A program made the translations under genes and the position numbers. Of a stretch of DNA of 64,000 bases, positions 51,401 through 63,120 are shown piece by piece. Origin of the DNA: Mobula birostris. Taxonomy: Eukaryota. The DNA lies in the NCBI RefSeq assembly GCF_030028105.1, contig NC_092398.1:479471-543470 (forward strand). The letters run 5' to 3'. Below the pieces are notes generated by a model. The model searched no databases. It saw only the letters and a list, made by a program, of their open reading frames with translations, and had not been told where the DNA came from. Within the stretch, counting starts at the first letter, position 1, and the number at the start of each line of letters is the position of its first letter.

Positions 51401-51827
51401 GGCAGTTTGTTCCACATCCTCTGTGTAAAAAAATTGCCCTCAGGCCCCTTTTAAAATGTTCCTCTCTCACCCTAAATCTATTTAGTCTTTTAGGCTCCCC
51501 TACCCTGGGAAAGACTGTGACCTTTCACTTTATATGAGCTTGTCATGAGTTTGTACATCTGTGAGGTCACTCCTCCGTCTCCTTGCCGCAGCCTGGCCTA
51601 TCTCTCCCGATAACGCAAGCCCTCCAGTACCGATAACATCCTTGTGAATCTGCTGTGCAACATTTTCAGCTGAGCGTAACCCTCTCAGTCTGGTCTCACC
51701 GGGGTCTTGTACCAGGGCTACACCCAATACTGTCAGTGTGACAGTCCGCACAGTGTGGTCTCGCCAAGGTCTTGTACAGTTGTAATATCACCTCTCAGTA
51801 CTTAAACTGAATGGCCTGACTGCTGAA

Positions 51828-52281
51828 GAAGTATGCCACCCTCTCTAACTCCACCACCACTCTCGGTGGAAGACAAGTATGTACCCTCTCTAACTCCACC
51901 ACCGCTCTCGGTGGAAGACAAGTATGTACCCTCTCTAACTCCACCGCCGCTCTCGGTGGAAGACAAGTGTGCCACCCTCTCTAACTCCACCGCCGCTCTC
52001 GGTGGAGGACAAGTATGCCACCCTCTCTAACTCCACCGCCGCTCTCGGTGGAAGACAAGTATGCCACCCTCTCTAACTCCATCGCCGCTCTCGGTGGAAG
52101 ATGACTATGCCACCCTCTCTAACTCCACCGCCGCTCTCGGTGGAAGACAAGTATGCCACCCTCTCTAACTCCACCGCCGCTCTCGGTGGAGGACAAGTAT
52201 GCCACCCTCTCTAACTCCACCGCCGCTCTCGGTGGAAGACAAGTATGCCACCCTCTCTAACTCCACCGCCGCTCTCGGTGG
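51828..52281. repeat. 45-46-bp hairpin-containing minisatellite, about 10 copies, within a minus-strand CR1 relic (from about 51220)
   Basis: aagtatgccaccctctctaactccaccgccgctctcggtggaagac. Confidence 0.95.
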
Positions 52282-52962
52282 ACTGGTACCCGTAGGTCTG
52301 TACACGCCCAGCACCCTGCCGGTTACTCTGTAAGCCATGCTTTCGTTTAATTACGACACTTTTTGCTTCAAAAGCTCAAATTTTGTCTGACATTCCTTGG
52401 CCTAATTTCCCAGTCGATCTCAATCTTGGACAAGCTTCCTGAATGTCCTTCACACCACTAATTTGGATATCATCGTCAAACTTACTAATTATGTCATCCA
52501 AATCATTAATGTAACAGCAGAGCCTGCACCGATTCCTGCCAAATCGGATCGATTAGTGACATTCAGGGGGCCCTTCGACAGGCAAAGCTGCTGGGAGACG
52601 GAGGCAGACCTTCCACAAGCTGTGTGTGTGTATATACACCCAGCTGCTGTTGAGTCATCTACCCAGTCACTGCGGGGGTGTAAAGTGTGTCACATATTGC
52701 AGGATTATTCTGCCCCGAGCATCTTGCAGTGCATCCCACTGACTTTGAATGCTTTCCTGGTTTTGCTTTACATGAGAGCTGATCCTTCCCCGATGAGAAA
52801 CTCGATGGAAGTTCAGCAGTACATGCTCCAGCACTGGTTCCCTGAAGACCAAAAGGCCGTTAGACATTGGAGCAGAACTAGGCTGTTCAGTCCCTCAAGT
52901 CTGTTCCGCCATTCCATAACGGCTGATTTATTTGCCCTCTCAACTCCAACCTCCTGCCTTAT

Positions 52963-55318
52963 CATAGAACATAGAAGAGTACAGCACATTACAGGCCCTT
53001 CGGCCCACAAAGTTGTGCTGACCCTCAAACCCTACCTCCCATATAAGCCCCCACCTTAAATTCCTCCATATACCTGTCTAGTAGTCTCTTAAACTTCACG
53101 AGTGTATCTGCCTCCACCACTGACTCAGGCAGTGCATTCCACACACCAACCACTCTCTGAGTAAAAAACCTTCCTCTAATATCCCCCTTGAACTTCCCAC
53201 CCCTTACCTTAAAGCCATGTCCTCTTGTATTGAGCAGTGGTGCCCTGGGGAAGAGGCGCTGGCTATCCACTCTATCTATTCCTCTTATTATCTTGTACAC
53301 CTCTATCATGTCTCCTCTCATCCTCCTTCTCTCCAAAGAGTAAAGCCCTGGCTCCCTTAATTTCTGATCATAATGCATGCTTTCTAAACCAGGCAGCATC
53401 CTGGTAAATCTCCTTTGTACCCTTTCCAATGCTTCCACATCCTTCCTATAGTGAGGTGACCAGAACTGGACACAGTACTCCAAGTGTGGCCTAACCAGAG
53501 TTTTATAGAGCTGCATCATTACATCGCGACTCTTAAACTCTATCCCTCGACTTATGAAAGCTAACACCCCATAAGCTTTCTTAACTACCCTATCTACCTG
53601 TGAGGCAACTTTCAGGGATCTGTGGACATGTACTCCCAGATCCCTCTGCTCCGCCACACTACCAAGTATCCTGCCATTTACTTTGTACTCTGCCTTGGAG
53701 TTTGTCCTTCCAAAGTGTACCACCTCACACTTCTCCGGGTTGAAATCCATCTCCCACTTCTCAGCCCACTTCTGCATCCTATCAATGTCTCTCTGCAATC
53801 TTCGACAATCCTCTACACTATCTACAACACCACCAACCTTTGTGTCATCTGCAAACTTGCCAACCCTGCCTTCTACCCCTACATCCAGGTTGTTAATAAA
53901 AATCACGAAAAGTAGAGGTCCCAGAACAGATCCTTGTGGGACACCACTAGTCACAATCCTCCAATCTGAATGTACTCCCTCCACCACGGCCCTCTGCCTT
54001 CTGCAGGCAAGCCAATTCTGAATCCACCTGGCCAAACTTCCCTGGATCCCATGCCTTCTGACTTTCTGAATAAGCCTGCCCTGTGGAACCTTGTCAAATG
54101 CCTTACTAAAATCCATATAGATCACATCCACTGCACTACCCTCATCTATATGCCTGGTCACCTCCTCAAAGAACTTTATCAAGCTTGTTAGACACGATCT
54201 GCCCTTCACAAAGCCATGCTGACTGTCCCGATCAGACCATGATTCTCTAAATGCCCGTAGATCTTATCTCTAAGAATCTTTTCCAGCAACTTTCCCACCA
54301 CAGACGTAAGGCTCACTGGTCTATAATTACCCAGACTATCCCTACTACCTTTTTTGAACAAGGGGACAACATTCGCCTCCCTCCAATCCTCCGGTGCCAT
54401 TCCCGTGGACAACGAGGACATAAAGATCCTAGCCAGAGGCTCAGCAATCTCTTCCCTCACCTTGTGGAGCAGCCTGGGGAATATTCCGTCAGGCCCCAGG
54501 GACTTATCTGTCCTAATGTATTTTAACAACTCCAACACCTCCTCTCCCTTAATATCAACATGCTCCAGAACATCAACCTCACTCATATTGTCCTCACCAT
54601 CATCAAGTTCCCTCTCACTGGTGAACACCGAAGAGAAGTATTCATTGAGGACCTCGCTCACTTCCACAGCCTCCAGGCACATCTTCCCACCTTTATCTCT
54701 AATCGGTCCTACCTTCACTCCTGTCATCCTTTTTTCTTCACATAATTGAAGAATGCCTTGGGGTTTTCCTTTACCCTACTCGCCAAGGCCTTCTCATGCC
54801 CCCTTCTTGCTCTTCTCAGCCCCTTCTTAAGCTCTTTTCTTGCTTCCCTATATTCCTCAATAGACCCTTCTGATCCTTGCTTCCTAAACCTCATGTATGC
54901 TGCCTTCTTCCACCTGACTAGATTTTCCACCTCACTTGTCACCCATGGTTCCTTCACCCTACCATTCTTTATCTTCCCCACCAGGACAAATTTATCCCTA
55001 ACATCCTGCAAGAGATCTCTAAACATCGACCGCATGTCCATAGTACATTTCCCTGCAAAAACATCATCCCAATTCACACCCGCAAGCCTCATAATTTGCC
55101 CTTCCCCAATTAAAAATTGTCCTGTCCTCTCTGATTCTATCCTTTTCCATGATAATGTTAAAGGCCGGGGAGCGGTGGTCACTGTCCCCCAGATGCTCAC
55201 CCACCGAGAGATCTGTGACCTGACCCGGTTCATTACCTAATACTAGATCTAGTATGGCATTTCCCCAGTCAGCCTGTCAACATACTGTGACAGGAATCCG
55301 TCCTGGACACACTTAACA
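52963..55318 (-). mobile_element. Young CR1 LINE, 5'-truncated, RT split into three frames, nested in an older CR1 (52862-52960 / 55325-55585)
   Basis: ORFs 54724-55233, 54206-54727 and 53025-54209: KENPKAFF, GPDGIFPRLL, GNYRPVSLTSVVGK, DFSKAFDKV, GVPQGSVLGPLLF, KFADDTK; (catagaa)n tail. Confidence 0.97.
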
Positions 55319-55584
55319 GCTGATATATCCCCATAACCATTCATGCCCTGACTAATCAAGAACCTATCCACCTCCGCCTTAAGTATATCCAATGACTTGG
55401 CCTCCACAGCCGTCTACGCCAATGAATTCCACAGATTCACCACTCTCTGCCATATGAAATTTTTCCTCATCTCTGTTCTAAATGGATGTCTCTGAATTCT
55501 GAGGCCATGCCCTCTAATCCTAGACTCCCCCACTGTGGGAAACATCCTCTCCACATCCACTCCATCCAGACCATTCAATATTCA

Positions 55585-55727
55585 AAAACGTAAACACGAG
55601 GAATTCTGCGGATGCTGGAAATTCAAGGAACACACATCAAAGATGCTGGTGAACGCAGCAGGCCAGGCAGCATCTCTAGGAAGAGGTACAGTTGACGTTT
55701 CAGGCTGAGACCCTTCGTCAGGACCAC
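55585..55727 (-). mobile_element. Penelope-like pseudo-LTR end with hammerhead core (55689-55725)
   Basis: Minus strand GGUC CUGACGA AGG GUCUCAG CCU GAAAC GUC AACUG. Confidence 0.8.
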
Positions 55728-55749
55728 TGAACTCAAGTTAAATGGCCTA

Positions 55750-56215
55750 GATTTTCTTTCTTCTGCCTCCCTTAAAGTGTGGAGTGACATTTGCAATTTT
55801 CCAGTCTTCCAGAACCATTCCAGAATTTAGTGGTCTTGAAATATCATTACTAATGCCCCCACAATCTCTTCAGCCACTCCTTCAGAACCTTGACTGTAGC
55901 CCATCTGGTTCAGGTGACTTATCTACCCTCAGACTTTTCAGCGTCCCAAGCACCTTCTCCCCAGTAATGGCAATGATGTTCACTTTTGCCCCCTGACCCT
56001 CTTGAATTTCTGGCATACTGCTAGTGTTTTCCACAGTGAAAACTGATGCAAAATACTTATTCAGTCCATCCATCATTTCCTTGTCCCCCATTTCTACCTC
56101 TCTGGCATCATTTTCCAGATTTCCAAAATTCACCCTCGTCTCTCCTTCTCTCTTTGTATGTCTGTAAAAGCTTTTTATATTATTGGCTAGCTTCCCTTCT
56201 GAGATTCTGATCTAC
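55750..56215 (-). mobile_element. CR1 ORF2 fragment upstream of RT
   Basis: ORF 55882-56133 LNKYFASVFTVE..LRVDKSPEPDGL. Confidence 0.85.
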
Positions 56216-57024
56216 ATCTTTGGGTGAAACGATTGTGTTGGTTTTGACAATGTAAGGTGTTGCAGTTGTAAATGTGGCTCAGTCTGGGCAGGTGGGAGTA
56301 TCCAGTCTCACCGGTGCCAAGATAAGGCTTACATTTGTGAATCACTGTCAGGATATGGAACACAAACAGTAGAACACAGTAAAGGCCCTTCAAACCACAA
56401 TGTTGTGATGACCCTTCCCTCCGACACAGCCAGACAGTATTACTTCACAGAAAACAAGGAGATCGAGAAATTATAAATCTTTAGAATGAAAGTCACTTGT
56501 GAGAAATGTAGCTGTCAGGCTGAGAGTAATGATGGAGATCTCTACGCGGCGGACTTGATACTTTAAACTGACCTCAGCATCTACCTTTGTTGTCTGTGGC
56601 AAGAGCTCACAGGGGCTGGATGACAGGGTTACCATTCATTGTTATCTACTGGGGCATGTTAAAAGGAAAAGTCCAACAGACTTCATCAGCTGATATTCCC
56701 CCACCTGCAAGTCATCTACTGGTAACTGCCTGGCAGGGGAAGGGTCAGGGTGACATCTGGATCTCTGCAAATGGCCACGGAGCACATGTGTCTCTGAGCT
56801 GTGGTGTGGAAGGGAAACAGGGAACAATCATCTGAAGATTCATGGCCCTCCGTGTCTGGCAGCTGGATGTATAAATGTGTGGACCTCAGCTGCCTGTTTG
56901 AATGCCTGCTGCTGAGTCATTAGGCCGGTGAGTGAAAGGACAACAGCCTGTGCTGACCGGAACTGTCCGGCAGGAAGCAACTTCATCAGAGTGAAAGTGC
57001 AGGGGAAGGGAAAGGGCACGACAA

Positions 57025-57500
57025 GGTCAAAGTTGAGTTTAGTGTCAAGTGCACAAGTCCACGTGAGAACTGACTCGTAGCAGCATCACAGGCACACAGC
57101 ATTCAGAAGAAAGACATAAATCACTGACAATTTTTACAAGAAATAACGCAAAAGAGAACAGTCAAAGTCCATTTTAGTGCAAGGTTATCAAAGTGGTCAT
57201 TATGTTGCTGTACTGAGGTGGCGATTAGGGTCGTGTTGGTTGGAGGCTGAAGGGAAGTTGTTGTTCCTGAACCTGGTGGTGTGGGGCTCCAGGCTTCTGT
57301 ACACGCCGATGGGAGCAGTGAGAAGGTGACATGATTCGGAAGGTGAGGGTCTTTGATGATGAGGTAGCGCCTCCTGTAGATACTCCCGATGGTGGGGAGG
57401 GATGTGTTTGTAATGTATTGAGCAGAGTCCACTGCTCTCTGTAGTTTCTTTACACTCGTGTGTGTTCGAATCACCGCAGCAGACCATGATGCAGCCAGCT
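57025..57500 (-). mobile_element. Decayed Rex1/Babar 3' fragment
   Basis: KKLQRAVDSAQYITNTSLPTI..IIKDPH..FSLLPS. Confidence 0.8.
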
Positions 57501-58314
57501 GGTTCTTGCCAGTTCCACATTGGCCTTGCACTATGCCTGGCTTATCTACACCCTGGAACTCATAAAAATGTTACTTCTCGACTCTTACAACACCTCCCCC
57601 CACGTGTAAGGCTGCAGGGATTTATCTGGATTTGCCTGTAGCTCCGATAAGGGATCTGAACTGTCATGTCGTGGGCTGTGTGCTACGGACAACACCTCAG
57701 AACCAGGGTCATATCCCTCACTACATTTGAGGGGAGGAAGATGCTGGCAAGCAAGTGAAGCTTTGACCATCCTGAGACTGTGATTCTTTTAGTGTTCAGC
57801 CTGCTCTCCGAACAGCAGGTGAGTTCATTTGGGGACAGTTGTGGAACATGCAGAGCAGATGCTGAACTGAAATGTTGGTGCTTTAAACAGGGGTTACCTT
57901 CATGCACTTGGCTGGGGAATGATGTTAAAAATGATGAATGTATCACTGGGGTGGGACGTTAACTGAGCAGAGTGGGCTGGGGGGGTGGTGGGGAGACTTA
58001 CTGCACACACTCAGTTTAGTAATAAAACAGCCATTGGAAGAGTCTCTGTGAAATCAATCAGTTTTGGGTTATCTCTGGACTGGGAAACCGTGTTAATAGA
58101 CAGGTAGAAGTCACTTGAGTGTAGAATTTGTTTTTAGAGAATTACTCAAGCAGCTGGGATGAAACTTGGCACAGTCTGGTGTTAACAGTCAGTTCAGTCC
58201 TGAGTAACGTGCTCGCCAACTGAGCTTGGCTGCTCAGCTCCAGCTGGGCTACAGGCATGTGAACATCTGCACCCGCTGAAGGGAGAATTAAATAGAATGA
58301 TGCAGATATTTACC

Positions 58315-58665
58315 TCATTCTGGCTTCTGCCTCCTTCCCTTTCAGTCCGTATGAAAAGTCCTGGTCTGAAACACTGACTGTCTGCCCCCTTCCCTTTCAG
58401 TCTGAAACGCTGACTGTCTGCCCTCTTCCCCTCCAGTCCGTATGAAAAGTCCCAGTCCGAAATGCTGACTGTCTGCCCTCTTCCCTTTCAGTCCGGATGG
58501 AAGGTCCCAGTCTGAAACGCTGACTGTCTGACCCCTTCCCCTCCAGTCCATATGAAGGTTCTCAGCCCAAAATATTGACTGTTTATCGCCCCCTCCCATA
58601 GATGCTGCCTGACTTGCTGAGTTCCTCCAGTGTTTTGTGTGAGTTGCTCTGAATTTCCAGTTCTG
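58315..58665 (+). mobile_element. Penelope-like tail with 5 tandem 55-bp hammerhead-derived units (58343-58581)
   Basis: cagtcc..atgaa..gaaa..gactg repeated at 58343, 58398 (deleted), 58434, 58489 and 58544, then the normal pseudo-LTR tail. Confidence 0.8.
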
Positions 58666-59174
58666 TGCGGTTTGATCGGGAGGGTAAGCCTGTACCTTTC
58701 ATTCCTCTGCTGTTGAATTGAAACACAGGATTGACAGGGAGCATTAGGTCTGAATTTCCGAAGAATGGGGAGCTGAGATATGGTGTGTTTCTGGACATTA
58801 CACATTTAATTTACACATTGCTGTAAGAGTATCTGATCTATTTTCTAGCATTCGCCACTCCTGGTGCTGGGCAGTGACCCTGTTAACTCTGTGCACACTG
58901 GATTGTGTTTGCAACTGTTGTAATACCTGCTGCTGTTTAGTGTTAATTGACCTAACCAGGATCACTTACAGTCAGTAATGTGATATGTGTCATTGTTTCC
59001 TCGTCCCAGTGGAACCAGCTAATGAAAGCCTTGACACACAATTAAGCTACAATGTCTTTGTTGGAACTTCCAGAGCGACCTGGTATATTTTTGATGAGTC
59101 TCTTCATGGTCAGTGTAGAGAGAACGGTACTGGGGCGTAAACTGTTAAAAGTTACAGGGGAGAGATATTGGACT

Positions 59175-59762
59175 GTAAACAGAAAATACTCTGCAGATGC
59201 TGGGGTCAAAGCAACACTCACAACATGCTGGAGGAACTCAGCAGGTCGGGCAGCATCCATGGAAAAGATCGGTCGATGTTTTGGGCCGGAACCCTTCGTC
59301 AGGACTGAAGAGGGAGGGGGCAGAGGCCCTATCAAGAAGGTGGGGGGAGGGTGGGAAGGAGAAGGCTGGTAGGTTCCAGGTGAAAAACCAGTAAGAGGAA
59401 AGATAAAGGGGTGGGGAGGGGAAGCAGAGAGGTGATAGACAGGAAAGGTGAAGAAGGAATAGGGGAAAACACAATGGGTAGTAGAAGGAGGCAGAACCAT
59501 GAGGGAGGTGATAGGCAGCTGGGGGAGGGGGCAGAGTGACATCGGGATAGGGGAAGGGGAAGGGAAGTTACAGGAAGTTGGAGAATTCTATGTTCACACC
59601 AAGGGGCTGGAGACTACCTAGACTGTGTATGAGGTGTTGCTCCTCCAACCTGAGTTTAGCCTCATCATGGCAGTAGAGGAGGCCATGTATGGACATATCT
59701 GAATGGGAATGGGAAGCAGAGTTGAAGTGGGTGGCTACCGGGAGATCCTGTCTGTTGTGGCA
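59175..59762 (-). mobile_element. 5'-truncated Penelope-like insertion with 15-bp target-site duplication
   Basis: gagagatattggact at 59160-59174 and 59763-59777; endonuclease C-terminus, pyrimidine-rich tract and pseudo-LTR. Confidence 0.9.
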
Positions 59763-60789
59763 GAGAGATATTGGACTTCCTGCTGTGGACGTGAAGCCCT
59801 CCTGGACTGTTTGTGTCAGTTAAATGAAAGGGTTCAGGGTAGTCGATCGGTCACTCAGAGCTCTGCAGTTGTGTCTCCAAAGTCTAACATGACAGCTGGG
59901 GAATTTAATTTCAAAGAATTAATTAAATATATTTAAATAAAGCTTTTCATATTAATTGGCTGTGAAATGACCAAAGAAACCAGCTTGATATTTGCCATTC
60001 TCACCGGGTTTGGCCAGTAGGTAGCTGTGCAAGGGTGGGATGGGCAGAATGGCCTGTGTCATGCTGACTGATGGCAGTGAGGTGTCTCAGCAAGAGGCTG
60101 AGTGAATCAAGCCACTGGCTTGTTGAGATTGGTACCTCAGGACAACGAGGCACAGCCAGTTCATGTGGTCTTGTCAGCCATGCCTTTCTAGCGCAGTTAA
60201 AATAAATCTCATTGTGTTTTCTCCTTTAAGTCACCAAATTCATGGTTTCATTTTCAGTGTTCATGTGGTATTATTGTGTTGAAATTTCTTGGCATGACCT
60301 CAGAAGTGAACTTGCCTGGAGCTGTTTGGTGCGTGTGTCTGATGAGTTAAGTTTGACATTCTTTCCAGAGCTTTATATAATGTGATTCTGATTTCCAGAG
60401 TCCATGACACAATAAACTGAACAGAGTTCCCATGTAAGAGTCTTCTTTCGGTTTATATTTAGTGTTAGAAATAATGATTCACATTGGGAAATGGGGAGTC
60501 CTAAGGCATGCCCAAAAAGGACTCAACCCTTTCAAGTATCATCAAAATTCCAACAGGTAGTAATCTGTACACAGAGTTTCAGTTTCATCCCAATCCGAGG
60601 GAGGAGCCTGTCACCAAAAATAGAACACAGGACTGGACACGAACAGGCCTTTCAGCCCACAGTGGCTGCAACCATCAGAATGTTAATTTAAACTCTATAT
60701 CTGCTGAAATATGGTCTGTACCCCTGCGTTCCCTGCCTCGTCACCTGCCTATCAAAGTGTCTCTTATTGTATTTGCTTCCATCACCATG

Positions 60790-61085
60790 GAAACATGTTC
60801 CAGATGTCCCCCACCAACCCCAGTGTCTGTCAAAATACACAGAGTGATTCCATCACCGCCCCTGTCTGCATGTTTCAGACTCCCCCCACATCTTTGTGTA
60901 AAAATGTAGAGAATGATTCCATCATTCTCCTGTCTGCGTACACCAATGCACCCGCCCCCCAGTCTCTGTCAAAATACACAGAACGATTCCATCACCCCCC
61001 ATCTGCGTGTTCCAGACACCCCTCCCCCAGTCTTTGTGTGAAATGCAGAGAATGATTCCATCACCCCACCCTCCCTGTCTGCAGT
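60790..61085. repeat. About 67-bp degenerate tandem repeat, about 4 copies, grown from a minus CR1 tail (60620-60810)
   Basis: cagtctctgtcaaaatacacagagtgattccatcacc..gtctgc variants. Confidence 0.75.
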
Positions 61086-61109
61086 GATCCCAGTGAAGAA
61101 CTCATCTTT

Positions 61110-62595
61110 TGAATGGTAAGGCAGGTGGCAGTAATGGAACAGAGGGACACAGGAGTACAAGTGCAGAGTTCACTGAAAGTGGCCTCACAGGCAGGCAAGA
61201 TGGTGGAAAATGCTGACCTTCATCAGTCAGGGCACTCGGTATAGGAGACGGTCATCATGCTGCAGTTGTACAAGTTGTTGGAGCATTGTCTATAGTCTTG
61301 TTTACTGTAATAGGAAAGACGTGGTGAAACTGAAAAGAGTGCAGAAAAATGATGAGGATGTTGCCAGGACTAGAGGGTCTGAGGTGTAGGGAGAGGTTGG
61401 CCAAGTGAGGTCTTTATTGCTTGGAATGTAGGAGAATGGTGGGTGACCTTACAGAAGTACAGTGGATTATGGTTAGTTTGGCCACATCGGCACCAGTACA
61501 TTTTGGTCCAATTAAAGGGCTGCCCCAACTAGCTGAAGTTTTAAGGAAGTAATTAAAAAGGTATAAAAAAGACTAGCTACCATTTAACTGAGTAACAACT
61601 TATGAATTTAAGTTAAATACAGAACAAATGAGAACACTACCAATATTATACGGTACTATAAAACTGTTTATTGGTTCTGAACAGCTGTCGTCAGAGGAAT
61701 TCATCCAGTTTATGCTGCCGTGTCTTCTGATTGACTGTAAATGAACAAAATCACTGCAGACACCTGATGAAAATAATGGACCGCCTTCATACAATGCTTA
61801 TGATGATTGACAATTCTTCAAATTCTTCATAATTCCTAACTTGTTGAAGTAATGAAATCATTTATTTTCAGTCCCAACCGTTTTTGGCATCTCCAAGCTT
61901 GAATGTTTGAAACCGCAGTGAACAAAACAGTTCTGAATGGTCTCGCAGCTTATTTCTCACCAACTATCAGTGACAAAAATCACTGCTTTTTGAACACAAA
62001 CACACACATCTGAAGCTATTTAAAAACTCTTCACTCTAAGCACAATGTTCTGTCTATTGGCCACACAAATGCACGTGACTGACAATAGTTAGATTCTGTT
62101 CGGCAACAGTCTCCTGTCCCAATTAAGCAGCACAGTGTTCCAAATAAATGAATGGAAACCCAGCAATTTTCTTGATTAGTTATTGTTCTTTAAGTGTTGT
62201 CCCAAATAAGTGGCTGCCCTGATTAATCAGTAGGCTAATTCACCATAACCCACTGTATTTAAAATCATGAGGGTATGAATAAGGTTGGTGATCATAGTCT
62301 TTCCTCCAGGGTAGGGGAGGCTAACAATAGAGAACATGGGGATAGGGTGAGAGGGTAATATTTAAAAGGGACCCAAGGGACAACTTTTCCACACAGAGTG
62401 TGGTGAGTCTGTGGAACGAGCTACCAGAGGAGGTGGCTGAGGCAGGTACAACAGTAGCATTCGAGAAGCATGTACATAGCTACATAGAGGGCTGAGGCTT
62501 GGAGGGATATGGGATAAACGCAGGAAATTTGGACTGGCTCAGCATGGAGCCAATGGCTGAATGGCCTGTATTCCTCCTGTAATACTCTTTGAGTC
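61110..62595 (+). mobile_element. Decayed CR1 3' part, split by a DNA element
   Basis: GDLTEV|FKIMR continuity across the insert; FSTQSVVSLWNELPEEVAEAGT. Confidence 0.85.
61460..62255. mobile_element. pogo/Tigger-like non-autonomous DNA transposon with TA duplication
   Basis: TA-cagtggattatggttagtt ... aattcaccataacccactg-TA; removing it restores the CR1 reading. Confidence 0.85.
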
Positions 62596-62717
62596 TATAT
62601 TATAAACACCAGAGATCCCAAAATTGATCCCAGTGAAACACCACTGGTCACCAACCTCCAGGCAGAATAACACCCCTCCACCATTACCCTCCGTCTTCTG
62701 TGGCCAAGCCGTTCACC

Positions 62718-63120
62718 AAGTCAAAGTCAAAAATTGAGTTTATTGTCATCTGCACAAACCCATCCATGCACAGGTGCGGTGAAAAACTTACTCGAGGCAG
62801 CACCACTGGCACAGAGTGTCAGGTAAGCAGCATTCACAAGGAAAAAACACCAATTCAACATAAATTTTCATAATATTTACGACAGAAGGTTAATTTTAGT
62901 ACAAAGTGATCAAAGTGACCACTGTTGTTATATTGAGTTAGATGGTCCGAGAACTGAATGGTTAACGGGGAGTAGCTGTTCCTAAGCCTGGCAGTGTGGT
63001 ACTTCAGGCTTCTGTACCTCCCGCCTGACGATAGCTGAGGGAAGATGGCCAGGGTTGTGGGGACCTTTGATTGTGGATGTTGCCTACGTGGAACGGCATG
63101 GATGCAGACAGCTCCTACTG
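62718..63120 (-). mobile_element. Decayed Rex1/Babar 3' end
   Basis: aagtcaaagtcaa tail, tttattgtcatctgcacaa, cttcaggcttctgtacctcc. Confidence 0.75.

Noticed and set aside
51828-52281. CRISPR-like array of palindromic repeats
   Set aside because: No unique spacers, no cas genes, and a eukaryotic TE context; it is a plain tandem repeat.
52463-53059. 198-aa plus-strand ORF
   Set aside because: Runs across unique DNA and two antisense CR1 tails; non-ATG start and no protein motif.
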